DNA of 64,000 bases. It comes from an uncultured Thermotogae bacterium (GTDB taxonomy: Bacteria > Bipolaricaulota > Bipolaricaulia > UBA7950 > UBA9294). Position numbers and translations under genes: made by a program. Under the pieces are notes generated by a model. The model was not told where the DNA came from, searched no databases, and saw nothing but the letters and a program-made list of their open reading frames with translations. Positions 29,811 to 37,506 of the stretch are shown here, in pieces; positions within the stretch are counted from its first letter, which is position 1, and each line of letters starts with the position of its first letter. The DNA is taken from contig CAZMYM010000006.1 in NCBI GenBank assembly GCA_964570515.1, positions 15,613 to 79,612 on the forward strand, written 5' to 3'.

Positions 29811-30335
29811 ATGAAGCCGTATCTGGCCAAGATCGACACGGACACCACTGGAAACCGCAACGACGTCACGCCGCTGTTCGCGGATCGGGAGAGCTTCAGC
29901 CAACTTGTCGACGATCTGGCTCGGGCGTTTCTGGACGCGGGCATTGATGTGGTCGTCGCGATCGATTCGTTGGGCTTCATCCTTGGGACTGCGATTGCGG
30001 AGCGCCTTGGGGTTGGGCTGGTGCCGGCGTGCAAGGAAGGCAAGCTCCCCGTGCCAGCCGAGCGGGTCGAGTTCGTCGACTACTCCGGACATCAGAAGGC
30101 ACTCGAGATGCGGCGGGACGCACTGAAGACGGGCATGAACGTGCTGATCGTGGACGAGTGGGTCGAAACCGGCGCCCAAGTCAAGGCAGCCATCCTGTTG
30201 GTCGAGCGTCTCGGAGCCTACGTCGGCGGGATTGCCACCATCTGCATGGATCAGAACGCGAGCACGGACGTTCTGCGCCGGGACCACGCCATCCACGACG
30301 TCTGGAATGACGAGAAGGGAGTCGACGGGATATGA
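29811..30335 (+). CDS. Adenine phosphoribosyltransferase-family protein (divergent; paralog 2, ~85% aa identical to paralog 1)
   Basis: MKPYLAKIDTDTTGNRNDVTPLF..VLIVDEWVETGAQV... It is collinear with 26758..27282 over its full length. Confidence 0.8.
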   Translation: MKPYLAKIDTDTTGNRNDVTPLFADRESFSQLVDDLARAFLDAGIDVVVAIDSLGFILGTAIAERLGVGLVPACKEGKLPVPAERVEFVDYSGHQKALEMRRDALKTGMNVLIVDEWVETGAQVKAAILLVERLGAYVGGIATICMDQNASTDVLRRDHAIHDVWNDEKGVDGI

Positions 30336-30622
30336 GGTACGTGTCTCCCTAACTCGCCACACCAGTAGGGCGCGAGGCCTCGAACCCCGTACGAGCGCGG
30401 AAACCGGCTTCAAGCGACCGCATGTCAAACATGCAATCTGTAGTTGTGTCTGCTAACATGATCGAAGCGAGTGGGACGCTACTGGTCTGGATTTGGACTC
30501 CAGCCCGCAAGCAGGGCAGCTCACTCGGACAGGTTGTGGACACCTGTCCTATCCATTAGCTTGCCCAGCCTGCTGCAGCGCCCCCTCAGTGATTCCCGGT
30601 TTTGTGCTATCGTGCCCATACG

Positions 30623-31015
30623 CTAGGCACCGTCGTTCCTGATCTGGCGGAAGGCATTATCTAAGACAACAACAAGCATCTCACCTTTCTGCGTGGGAAC
30701 GAATCTCCTGGCCGATCCGATGTCACTCAGTCCCAATACTCTCGCCAGCTTCCTTCCCGAGACAAAGACACCCAAACTCGTCTTCTGCTTCCTTGTCGGA
30801 TACGAATTCGCATCACCCTCGGATGCTGGGCAAATCGCAAACGCCTTCTTCCCCTCGTCCACAAGGATACTCACAAATCTCGGATTACCAAGCATCTCAA
30901 AAGCCGCCCGGTTGATTGCAAGAGTACCGCCTTTATGCATCGACACGAGAGGCTCTTTGGAACGTCCTCCCCGGGCTCCCCTCTCAAGAGGTCGAAACAT
31001 GTACGTATCGCTCAT
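30623..31015 (-). CDS. Hypothetical protein (130 aa)
   Basis: ORF 30623..31033. Internal ATG at 31015 follows AGAGGGGTGATCAGT. Protein-like composition (..TLAINRAAFEMLGNPRFVSILVDEGKKAFAICPASEG..). No recognised domain. Confidence 0.5.
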   Translation of the reverse strand: MSDTYMFRPLERGARGGRSKEPLVSMHKGGTLAINRAAFEMLGNPRFVSILVDEGKKAFAICPASEGDANSYPTRKQKTSLGVFVSGRKLARVLGLSDIGSARRFVPTQKGEMLVVVLDNAFRQIRNDGA

Positions 31016-31372
31016 ACTGATCACCCCTCTCATGTTGTGGGATTCTACTTCGTTTCTTGCTCCATGTCAAGCCTCACGCAAGAAAAACCTCACTTCGGCA
31101 TACATTTCACTCGCGTCTCTGCTCCGCAAACCACCACCTAGTCTTGGGTTCGGGGACATCTCGGAAAGCGCGCTGTTTGTCAAGGGAGATAACCTCGGTG
31201 CACCCCCTGTGTAGTCGTTTTACGCAGCCGCTTGTCCGGTGAGTCGGAGTCATCTCTTCGCTGTCCAGGCAGCAATAGGTTGTTCGGGTGACGTGTCGCA
31301 ATCACATACGGGAACCTCTTCGGGTTCATGTCCCCGCCGCGCTCACGCCTCCCTCTTCGACTCTACCTATGT

Positions 31373-31615
31373 GGGAGTTCCGGAGACAGGGGAGTTCCGG
31401 GGACACAGTACGAGGGGAGTTCTAGGGACGCAGTACGAAACTCCGGTGTTCGTGAGTGCACCGTGTTGGGCAGGCGTGACGTCGCAGGCGGGTCCTAGAT
31501 GGGATCCCAATTGGTGGTGAAACCCGAGCGTATCTCCTACGCGGATTGCACCCTCATACGGGATCGGCTTCGGGATCGTCAGCCCGGAGTCGTACGCATT
31601 CAGAACGTGGTCCCG
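31373..31615 (+). repeat. Repeat B' (degenerate copy of the 3' end and downstream region of the methyltransferase-like gene at 32487..33704), beginning with a triplicated ~24-27 bp unit
   Basis: Units gggagttccggagacagg / ggagttccggggacacagtacgag / gggagttctagggacgcagtacgaaact. The following ~170 bp match 32450-32632. The minus-strand frame still reads ..YDSGLTIPKPIPYEGAIRVGDTLGFHHQLGS.., homologous to the intact gene's C-terminus. Confidence 0.75.
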
Positions 31616-31733
31616 GCGGATGGGGCTCCAAAGGCAGAACAGGCTCTAGAGGAATCATGATGCAAGCTCCGATCCAGGGTTCAACTGGGTTCTGCCGCAA
31701 TTCACGACGAAGTGCAGAGCTTTGAAACTCGCC

Positions 31734-32117
31734 GGGACTGCGCAGTCTTGCTTGTTTGCCCGTATGATGGAATGTATACTGCACCTACCCGAAACGGCAA
31801 ACCTAGTAAAAGCTAGGGACGCAAAGTTACGGGCCTACGGGAGGAATCCTAAGGTCGCCGAACTGCCGAAGGTCGTCGAACATGGCGCTCCGCGTGCTGT
31901 GTGACGCGTTCCTGAGAGACTCGCTGGCCTTCCTTCCCTCCTTAGAAGAAGAGAGCTCTGCGATTCCTGTTTCAGCCAGTGCGCTGGGCGCGGTGGAGAG
32001 GCCGTCGCGCTCTTCGAGTGGTGTGAAGGGTGAGAGGGGGCAGAAAGACGCGCAACCTCCTTGCGACTCAGCCACGAGCGCAGCATGAGGGGGATGTATC
32101 GGCAGCATCCCCCGCTG
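31734..32117 (+). repeat. Direct repeat A, copy 2
   Basis: See copy 1 at 24826-25198. It sits between repeat B' and the RHH gene. Confidence 0.85.
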
Positions 32118-32207
32118 TGCCTCCCGAGCTCTTTCTGTGTCGCTTGCGCGCGTTCTTCTTTCGGATACCGGGAGGTCGGACCACTAACTCGGACAGAGGA
32201 GGCTGGC

Positions 32208-32387
32208 ATGGCAAGGGAAACGAAGCAACAGCGGGCCACGATGAGCGTCTACATCCCGCAAAGCAAGGCGAGCAAGTGTCTAGTGGGGCGCCTCAGCAGG
32301 CTGGCTGAGAAACGGGACCGCTCAGTCAACTACCTCGTCATCGAGGCGATCTGCGAGTACCTCGATCGCGTGGAGAAGAAAAAGTAG
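32208..32387 (+). CDS. Ribbon-helix-helix (CopG/Arc/MetJ-like) DNA-binding protein, 59 aa
   Basis: ATG at 32208 follows GGACAGAGGAGGCTGGC. MARETKQQRATMSVYIPQSKASKCLVGRLSRLAEKRDRSVNYLVIEAICEYLDRVEKKK shows the beta-strand (SVYIP), helix, helix pattern typical of RHH antitoxins and repressors. It is the tail of track ORF 32061..32387. Confidence 0.7.
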   Translation: MARETKQQRATMSVYIPQSKASKCLVGRLSRLAEKRDRSVNYLVIEAICEYLDRVEKKK

Positions 32388-32419
32388 GAAACCGCAGCAC
32401 TTGCATGTGGTCTCCCCAT

Positions 32420-32632
32420 TGCCATTGGCGGAGTTCCCGGGACACAGTACGAAACTTGCGTACTCACATCTGGCGAGTATGTTGCGTCAGGCGCGCGTAA
32501 CGTCACAGACGAGTCCTGGATGAGATCCCAATTCGTAGTGGAACTCGAGCGTATCTCCGCCGCGGATCGCACCATCGTACGGGATCGGCTTCGGGATCGT
32601 CAGCCCGGAATCGTACGCGCGAAGAACGTAAT
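32420..32632 (+). repeat. Repeat B (single ggagttcccgggacacagtacgaaact unit plus the 3' end of the methyltransferase-like gene)
   Basis: Matches 31391-31615. Contains the palindromic core TCCCGGGA and a hairpin AGTACG-AAACTT-GCGTACT immediately downstream of the minus-strand gene. Confidence 0.75.
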
Positions 32633-33704
32633 CCCGATGGACGGTGACCGTTGTGAGCAGCATCGGAGTGTATCGCCCCTCCAGGGAGTGAGGGATGTGG
32701 ATCGAAGCCGCGGGCAATCGATCATCACTCAAGTCGGTCCACTCCGTGATTGTCGCGGCGTTCAGCTCGAAGACGGTACCCAGGAAGAGGCGATCGCGCT
32801 CGGGTGGGACAGGCTCGGCGGCCTCATTACCCAACTTGCTCCTGTTGTTTCCTAGGAAACTGAACTCCTTCGAGACATCGACCAAGTACGCATCGACACG
32901 AACCGACTCGGGAATGAGGGTCGCTAGGGGAGCCTGAGCCAGGAGGTGCCGCGCGATGGGAACCTGGGGCTCCTTCTTCAGACACACGTTCATCGTTTCG
33001 CTCAGGAGGATGTCGGGCGGCCGATCTGCCAAGACTTCGTAGTGGCAGGCGTCGACCGCTTCGTACGCCCGAATGCGACCACTCAGCCCGAGTGCATCGA
33101 TGACCGTTCTGGCCGAGTCGACCGAAGCTTCGTGAATGTCGAGGAGTGTGACCTGTAGCTCGTCTGGGCCGAAGAGGGCCATCGACGGGAGGGCGAGCAC
33201 GGCGTACGGTCCACAGCCGGCGTACAGCAGGTGGGTCGGTCGATCCGGATGAGCAACCCTCACTTCTTGGATCGCCTGCTGCACGCCGCGGGCGAAGACG
33301 ACCGTCCGCACGATGTCGTCGGCACACCGGCCGGCCATGGTCGGAGACAATGCGAGTCCGCTGGAAGTGAAGGTCTCACCATCACCACGGACCTCGGTCG
33401 GCTCGATCCGAACCGTGGCGTGGTCTCGCAGGAGATCCGTCAAGAGACCCAACTCCGCTCTCAAGGCGAAGGCGGGCGTCTGTTCGTCAAGGATCGTGCT
33501 CGCGAGCTGTCGAAGCCGCTCGTCGGACATCATGTGTGCAAGAGTACATCGTGTGTGGCCGCCGCCGGTCAGTGGATCTCGAATCGCGGGGGCCACTCTG
33601 AGCATCCCAACGGGGTCCGCACCGGCGAGAAGATCAATCCAGAGGTGACGATTAGTACATCCTCCCCGTAGGCGACGGGGGACTGGGCGGGGAGAATGTA
33701 ACAC
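32487..33704 (-). CDS. Putative class I SAM-dependent methyltransferase-like protein
   Basis: 405-aa ORF. Motif I-like LLYAGCGPYAVLAL, an acidic post-motif II segment VTLLDIHEASVD, and AYEAVDACHYEV. The start is uncertain (several in-frame Met). The function is inferred from motifs only. Confidence 0.6.
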   Translation of the reverse strand: MLHSPRPVPRRLRGGCTNRHLWIDLLAGADPVGMLRVAPAIRDPLTGGGHTRCTLAHMMSDERLRQLASTILDEQTPAFALRAELGLLTDLLRDHATVRIEPTEVRGDGETFTSSGLALSPTMAGRCADDIVRTVVFARGVQQAIQEVRVAHPDRPTHLLYAGCGPYAVLALPSMALFGPDELQVTLLDIHEASVDSARTVIDALGLSGRIRAYEAVDACHYEVLADRPPDILLSETMNVCLKKEPQVPIARHLLAQAPLATLIPESVRVDAYLVDVSKEFSFLGNNRSKLGNEAAEPVPPERDRLFLGTVFELNAATITEWTDLSDDRLPAASIHIPHSLEGRYTPMLLTTVTVHRDYVLRAYDSGLTIPKPIPYDGAIRGGDTLEFHYELGSHPGLVCDVTRA

Positions 33705-33730
33705 GCATCACCGTCGGAAGGAGCGGTTCC

Positions 33731-34597
33731 ATGATTCGTGTCTCTCGCTCGCTCGTGTTGCTGTTGGTCCTCGGTCTTCTCGCGCTCGGCGGATTCGTCA
33801 CCGCCCAGGGAACGGAATCACCGGATGACCTCATCGCACAAGCCGACCTGGCCTACATGACGCGGCACGTCCTGGAGAGCATGACCGAAGCGATCGCGCT
33901 CTACGAAGCTGTCCTGCCGAATCTGCAGACGCTCTCGGTCTCGTCTCAGGCGTACGTGCTCAATCGCCTGTCGCAGCTGTGCTATGAAGCCGCCATGTTC
34001 ACCGAAGGGAACACGCCCGAGGACAAGGAGCTGTTCACCAACGGCATGGAGTACGGGTTCCAGAGTCTTCGGCTGAACGAGGAATTCGGTGCCCACGAGC
34101 CGGCCGGGCTCGAAGCGGCTTTGCCCTATGCGACCAACGCGATGGCAATGCACTGGACGGCGAACAACTGGGGGATGCTTCTCGAGATGAACCCGAGGCA
34201 GGGACTCTTCGAGCAGGGTTCCGTGATGGCCCTCTTCGAGCGAACCATCGAGGTCGATCAGGGCTTCTGGGGCGGGAGCGCGGCGAGCGCGCTCGGTTCT
34301 CTTCTCATCATGGTCCCCGGAATCATGGGCGGCAACGCCGAACGGGGACTGACTCTCGTCGAGGATTCGATCGAGATGGATCTCTCCTACTTGCATAACC
34401 GGATCATCCTCGCCGAGTACTGGGGGTTCACCTACAACATGTTCGGTGCGCTGACCGGCGTGCGCGATGCCGAGCTGATCGAACGGGAGTGTGCTGTCAT
34501 CCTCGCAGGTGAGATCGGCGACTGGCCGTTCTGGAACCGTCAGGCCAAGCTCGAGGTGGAGCGGCTGTTGGCGCAACTCGCGGAGCGGACCGACTAA
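33731..34597 (+). CDS. Secreted hypothetical protein (signal peptide; helical/TPR-like?)
   Basis: The N-terminus MIRVSRSLVLLLVLGLLALGGFVTAQG is a classic signal peptide. 288 aa. Confidence 0.7.
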   Translation: MIRVSRSLVLLLVLGLLALGGFVTAQGTESPDDLIAQADLAYMTRHVLESMTEAIALYEAVLPNLQTLSVSSQAYVLNRLSQLCYEAAMFTEGNTPEDKELFTNGMEYGFQSLRLNEEFGAHEPAGLEAALPYATNAMAMHWTANNWGMLLEMNPRQGLFEQGSVMALFERTIEVDQGFWGGSAASALGSLLIMVPGIMGGNAERGLTLVEDSIEMDLSYLHNRIILAEYWGFTYNMFGALTGVRDAELIERECAVILAGEIGDWPFWNRQAKLEVERLLAQLAERTD

Positions 34598-35736
34598 CTG
34601 GCGAGCGGCTCGTAGCCGAACGTGTCGAACGCGAAGCGCCAGTGGCGGTTCACCTTCTCGATGACGACCGGATCGAACTCGTAGGAATTCTTCTTGTAGC
34701 CGGCCACGCTCTCCAGGTACGTGCGCAGGCGCGGCTCCGCGGCGACGAATCCCGGCAGATCCAGTTCCTCGTAGATGCGGCGCAGTTGATCCATCGGCGC
34801 GGCCTGTAGATCGTCGAATCGAAGCTCGACGAAGTTGCGCTCGGGGATCAGCGATCGGTCGGCCAGGAAGCGCTCCATCAGCCGGGCGTAGGTGCGCAAG
34901 ACGGAGGACTCAAGGTCGTCGGGCTCAATTCGCTGAAGCTGCGATCGCAGAAGGACCGTGTTCAGCATGTGCAGGGTCGAGAGGAAGACCTTGTACGGAT
35001 TGCGGTGGATGTGGATGAACTTGGCCTCCGGGAACCGCTCGAGCAGGATCGGAATCCTGGCGCTGTGCGCGCAGTTCTTGACCACCTGCCGGCGCCCGCC
35101 ACTCGCCAGGCTCGCCTTCCGCAGAAGCTTCAGATAGGCGTCGACCCATCGTTTGCGCGCTCGCGGGGACAGCCCCTCGAGGAGAACCGAGCGCTCGAAG
35201 ATCTCTTCGGCCTGCCGAGGGAGGGAGAAGGTGTGGATGTACGAGTGCTCGGACACGTTCGCCAGACCGAACTCGTCTTCCTGCGGAGCATCCATGTCGA
35301 GAGGAATGTTGTCGATCAGACGGGTCGGATAGTGGGACGCGGCAAACCGGGCGATCGACCGCTTGATCGCCCCGTCGCCGATGAGACAGAAGCCGGGAGC
35401 CATTGCCTGAAAGGTCGTGAGCGACCCGAGATTCTCATCCTGGCACAGGAGGTTGTGGAGATGGGTGGTCCCGCTTCGCCAGTGGCCGACGATGAAGATC
35501 GGCGACGGGTGAATGGCCGTTCTCCGAACGGCTTGGCCGTACCGGGCACGTTCCCAGATGCGCAAGGGACTTGTCAGCAGCGTCGTACAGGTGACGAACA
35601 GCGCGCGAGGAAGGAAGGCGCGGTCGATGCCCTCGCTGAAACGCAGCAGGCGCATCCAGTTGCGGAACGAGCCGAGAGCGATGGGATGTTCGGCGTTTGT
35701 CGGGCGCGTGGCGTTCGTCATGCAACAATCTCCCAT
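34594..35736 (-). CDS. Sulfotransferase family protein
   Basis: The 5'-PSB motif IFIVGHWRSGTTHLHNLL (PAPS 5'-phosphosulfate-binding loop) and a 3'-PB-like region. 380 aa. Confidence 0.8.
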   Translation of the reverse strand: MGDCCMTNATRPTNAEHPIALGSFRNWMRLLRFSEGIDRAFLPRALFVTCTTLLTSPLRIWERARYGQAVRRTAIHPSPIFIVGHWRSGTTHLHNLLCQDENLGSLTTFQAMAPGFCLIGDGAIKRSIARFAASHYPTRLIDNIPLDMDAPQEDEFGLANVSEHSYIHTFSLPRQAEEIFERSVLLEGLSPRARKRWVDAYLKLLRKASLASGGRRQVVKNCAHSARIPILLERFPEAKFIHIHRNPYKVFLSTLHMLNTVLLRSQLQRIEPDDLESSVLRTYARLMERFLADRSLIPERNFVELRFDDLQAAPMDQLRRIYEELDLPGFVAAEPRLRTYLESVAGYKKNSYEFDPVVIEKVNRHWRFAFDTFGYEPLAS

Positions 35737-35752
35737 CTACCGGCCGGCTGCG

Positions 35753-37276
35753 CTACGGACCCGCATCCGCCATCCGCACCAATCCGAAGATCGTCGTCGT
35801 GTAGGCGACGCCGCCATCCGGGTGGAGGAAGAGCGCACCGGCCCAGTTGTTGTATCCCTGGCCGGTGCCGGTCAGCTTCCGGAACACGGTCTCCCCGGTT
35901 TCGAAGTCGACGGCGGTCAGATACCACTCGGAGACCGGGGAATCCTCATCCCGCCAGTACGTGTAGACGAGGCCGCTTCCGAACGAGAGCTTGAACACAC
36001 AGATCCCGCGCACCGGATTCGTCCAGGCGGTCTGGCAGGTGTAGGTGCCGTCGTCGTGTCGTGTGAGATCGACGCGTGTCAGTCCCGGTTCCGGATGCGA
36101 GGTGGGGAAGCGGTGATGTCCCCAGTTGTTCTCGACGAGCACCGAGTAGACGCCGGTTCCCGCGCCGACTTTGTCGGCATGCTCGAAGCAGGCGGCGCTG
36201 ATGTCGGTTCCGCTCTTGCCCTCCTCGAAGAGCGGCGTACGGCAAACCACGGCGCCGTCGGAACGGTTGACGAACAGCAGGCTGATTCGAGGCTCGGCGT
36301 TGTCGGTGATCGCGACCAGTCCATCCGCCTCGCCCATGAGCGAAACGGACGTGCCCGAGCCGCGGGTGATGTGGCCGGGCTTCGCCGCCGGCCCTCGCTC
36401 GTATTCGGTTCGCCAGTCGGTCGAGATGCGTCCCGTGCCGTCCTGGCTGAATCGATAGAGGGCGTAATCCGAAACGATGTAGACGCCTTCCTCGGAGACA
36501 GCGAACGAGTTTTCGATGATCTCGCTCTCCAGGTGGATTGTCTGAACCTCGCCCGTCTCGATGTTGACGGTTCCAACCACGCCGCCGGTGGTGGCATACC
36601 AGTAGAAAGCGCCCCCCCAGTCAGGGAGAACCCAGGCGACGGAGTCTCTGTGAGGCCAGCGCATCGGTACGACGTGATCGCTCAGGTCGTACTCCCTGAT
36701 GAGTTCGAAGTCGCCGTCGGCTTCGGGCGTCTGAATGACTTGGATCGTGTTCTTCGTCGTTGGGACGACCGCGCGGTCCTGGTCGTCGAGAACGAAGTAC
36801 ATCCCGGCGCCGATGTACTTCCACGGCAAGATGCCCTGTAGAAGCCAGTACCAAGGACGTCCGGGGAGGGGATGGGAAGCGAACTCTTCGAGCGTCTCCG
36901 GATCCATCAGCTCGAGTTTGAAGCCTCGGCCGTTGCTGTAAACGGCAACGATCCGCCCGAGTCGATCGAAGGTGACCGTTCCGTAGCCGCCGAAGCCTTG
37001 TGTTCTCGAAGAGACGTTCAGGTTCGGCCCCACGGGTCCTGCCGCCTCGTAGGCGTCGCTCATGTAGGCATCGCAGTGCATGTTGCTGCCCCGGCCGGAA
37101 GCCATGAACGGGTGTTGTGCGATGGCGAGGTGAGCAATCGGACCCGAACGCTCGGCCAACATGACGTCCGTCGCGTCCTCTGCCGAGAGATCCGAGGCGC
37201 CGCCGTGGGCGATCGCCCGCCAGGTGGCTCGGAAGAACTCCGCCGGCGTGAGGAGTCGATCGGAGATGGGGCGCAC
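35753..37276 (-). CDS. Hypothetical protein (507 aa; W/Y/G-rich, possibly beta-propeller), co-directional with and immediately upstream of the sulfotransferase
   Basis: Long ORF with protein-like composition. GTG start as listed; the start is uncertain. No recognised domain. Confidence 0.65.
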   Translation of the reverse strand: MRPISDRLLTPAEFFRATWRAIAHGGASDLSAEDATDVMLAERSGPIAHLAIAQHPFMASGRGSNMHCDAYMSDAYEAAGPVGPNLNVSSRTQGFGGYGTVTFDRLGRIVAVYSNGRGFKLELMDPETLEEFASHPLPGRPWYWLLQGILPWKYIGAGMYFVLDDQDRAVVPTTKNTIQVIQTPEADGDFELIREYDLSDHVVPMRWPHRDSVAWVLPDWGGAFYWYATTGGVVGTVNIETGEVQTIHLESEIIENSFAVSEEGVYIVSDYALYRFSQDGTGRISTDWRTEYERGPAAKPGHITRGSGTSVSLMGEADGLVAITDNAEPRISLLFVNRSDGAVVCRTPLFEEGKSGTDISAACFEHADKVGAGTGVYSVLVENNWGHHRFPTSHPEPGLTRVDLTRHDDGTYTCQTAWTNPVRGICVFKLSFGSGLVYTYWRDEDSPVSEWYLTAVDFETGETVFRKLTGTGQGYNNWAGALFLHPDGGVAYTTTIFGLVRMADAGP

Positions 37277-37506
37277 CGGGAGATCGGCGAGGGGCCCGTA
37301 GGTCCAAATGGAGTTTGAGGGCGTGATGGAGAAGGGCAGGATGAGCGAGATCGCTCCGAGGAAAAACCTCCTTGCCCGATGTCCCTTGCGTCCACCCCTA
37401 CGTTCCAGCCTGGATCACCCGGCCCTCAGTGTACCGGAATCACTCCGAATCGTGGGAAGGCCCAAACCCATCGCCTGAGTTGAGTCGGGGAACATCTCAG
37501 GTGACC

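Noticed and set aside
35513-37307. Plus-strand ORF 35513..36841 and minus ORFs 36079..36597 and 36621..37307 overlapping the 507-aa gene
   Set aside because: Alternate frames of a long, protein-like minus-strand ORF. Arg-rich.
37277-37400. Possible N-terminal signal peptide for the 507-aa protein (in-frame upstream FFLGAISLILPFSITPSNSIWTYGPLADLP after an AAGGAGG SD)
   Set aside because: No ATG, GTG or TTG start is available in that frame between the upstream TGA and the hydrophobic stretch. It would need a non-canonical start or a sequence error, so I kept the GTG start at 37276 and only note the possibility.
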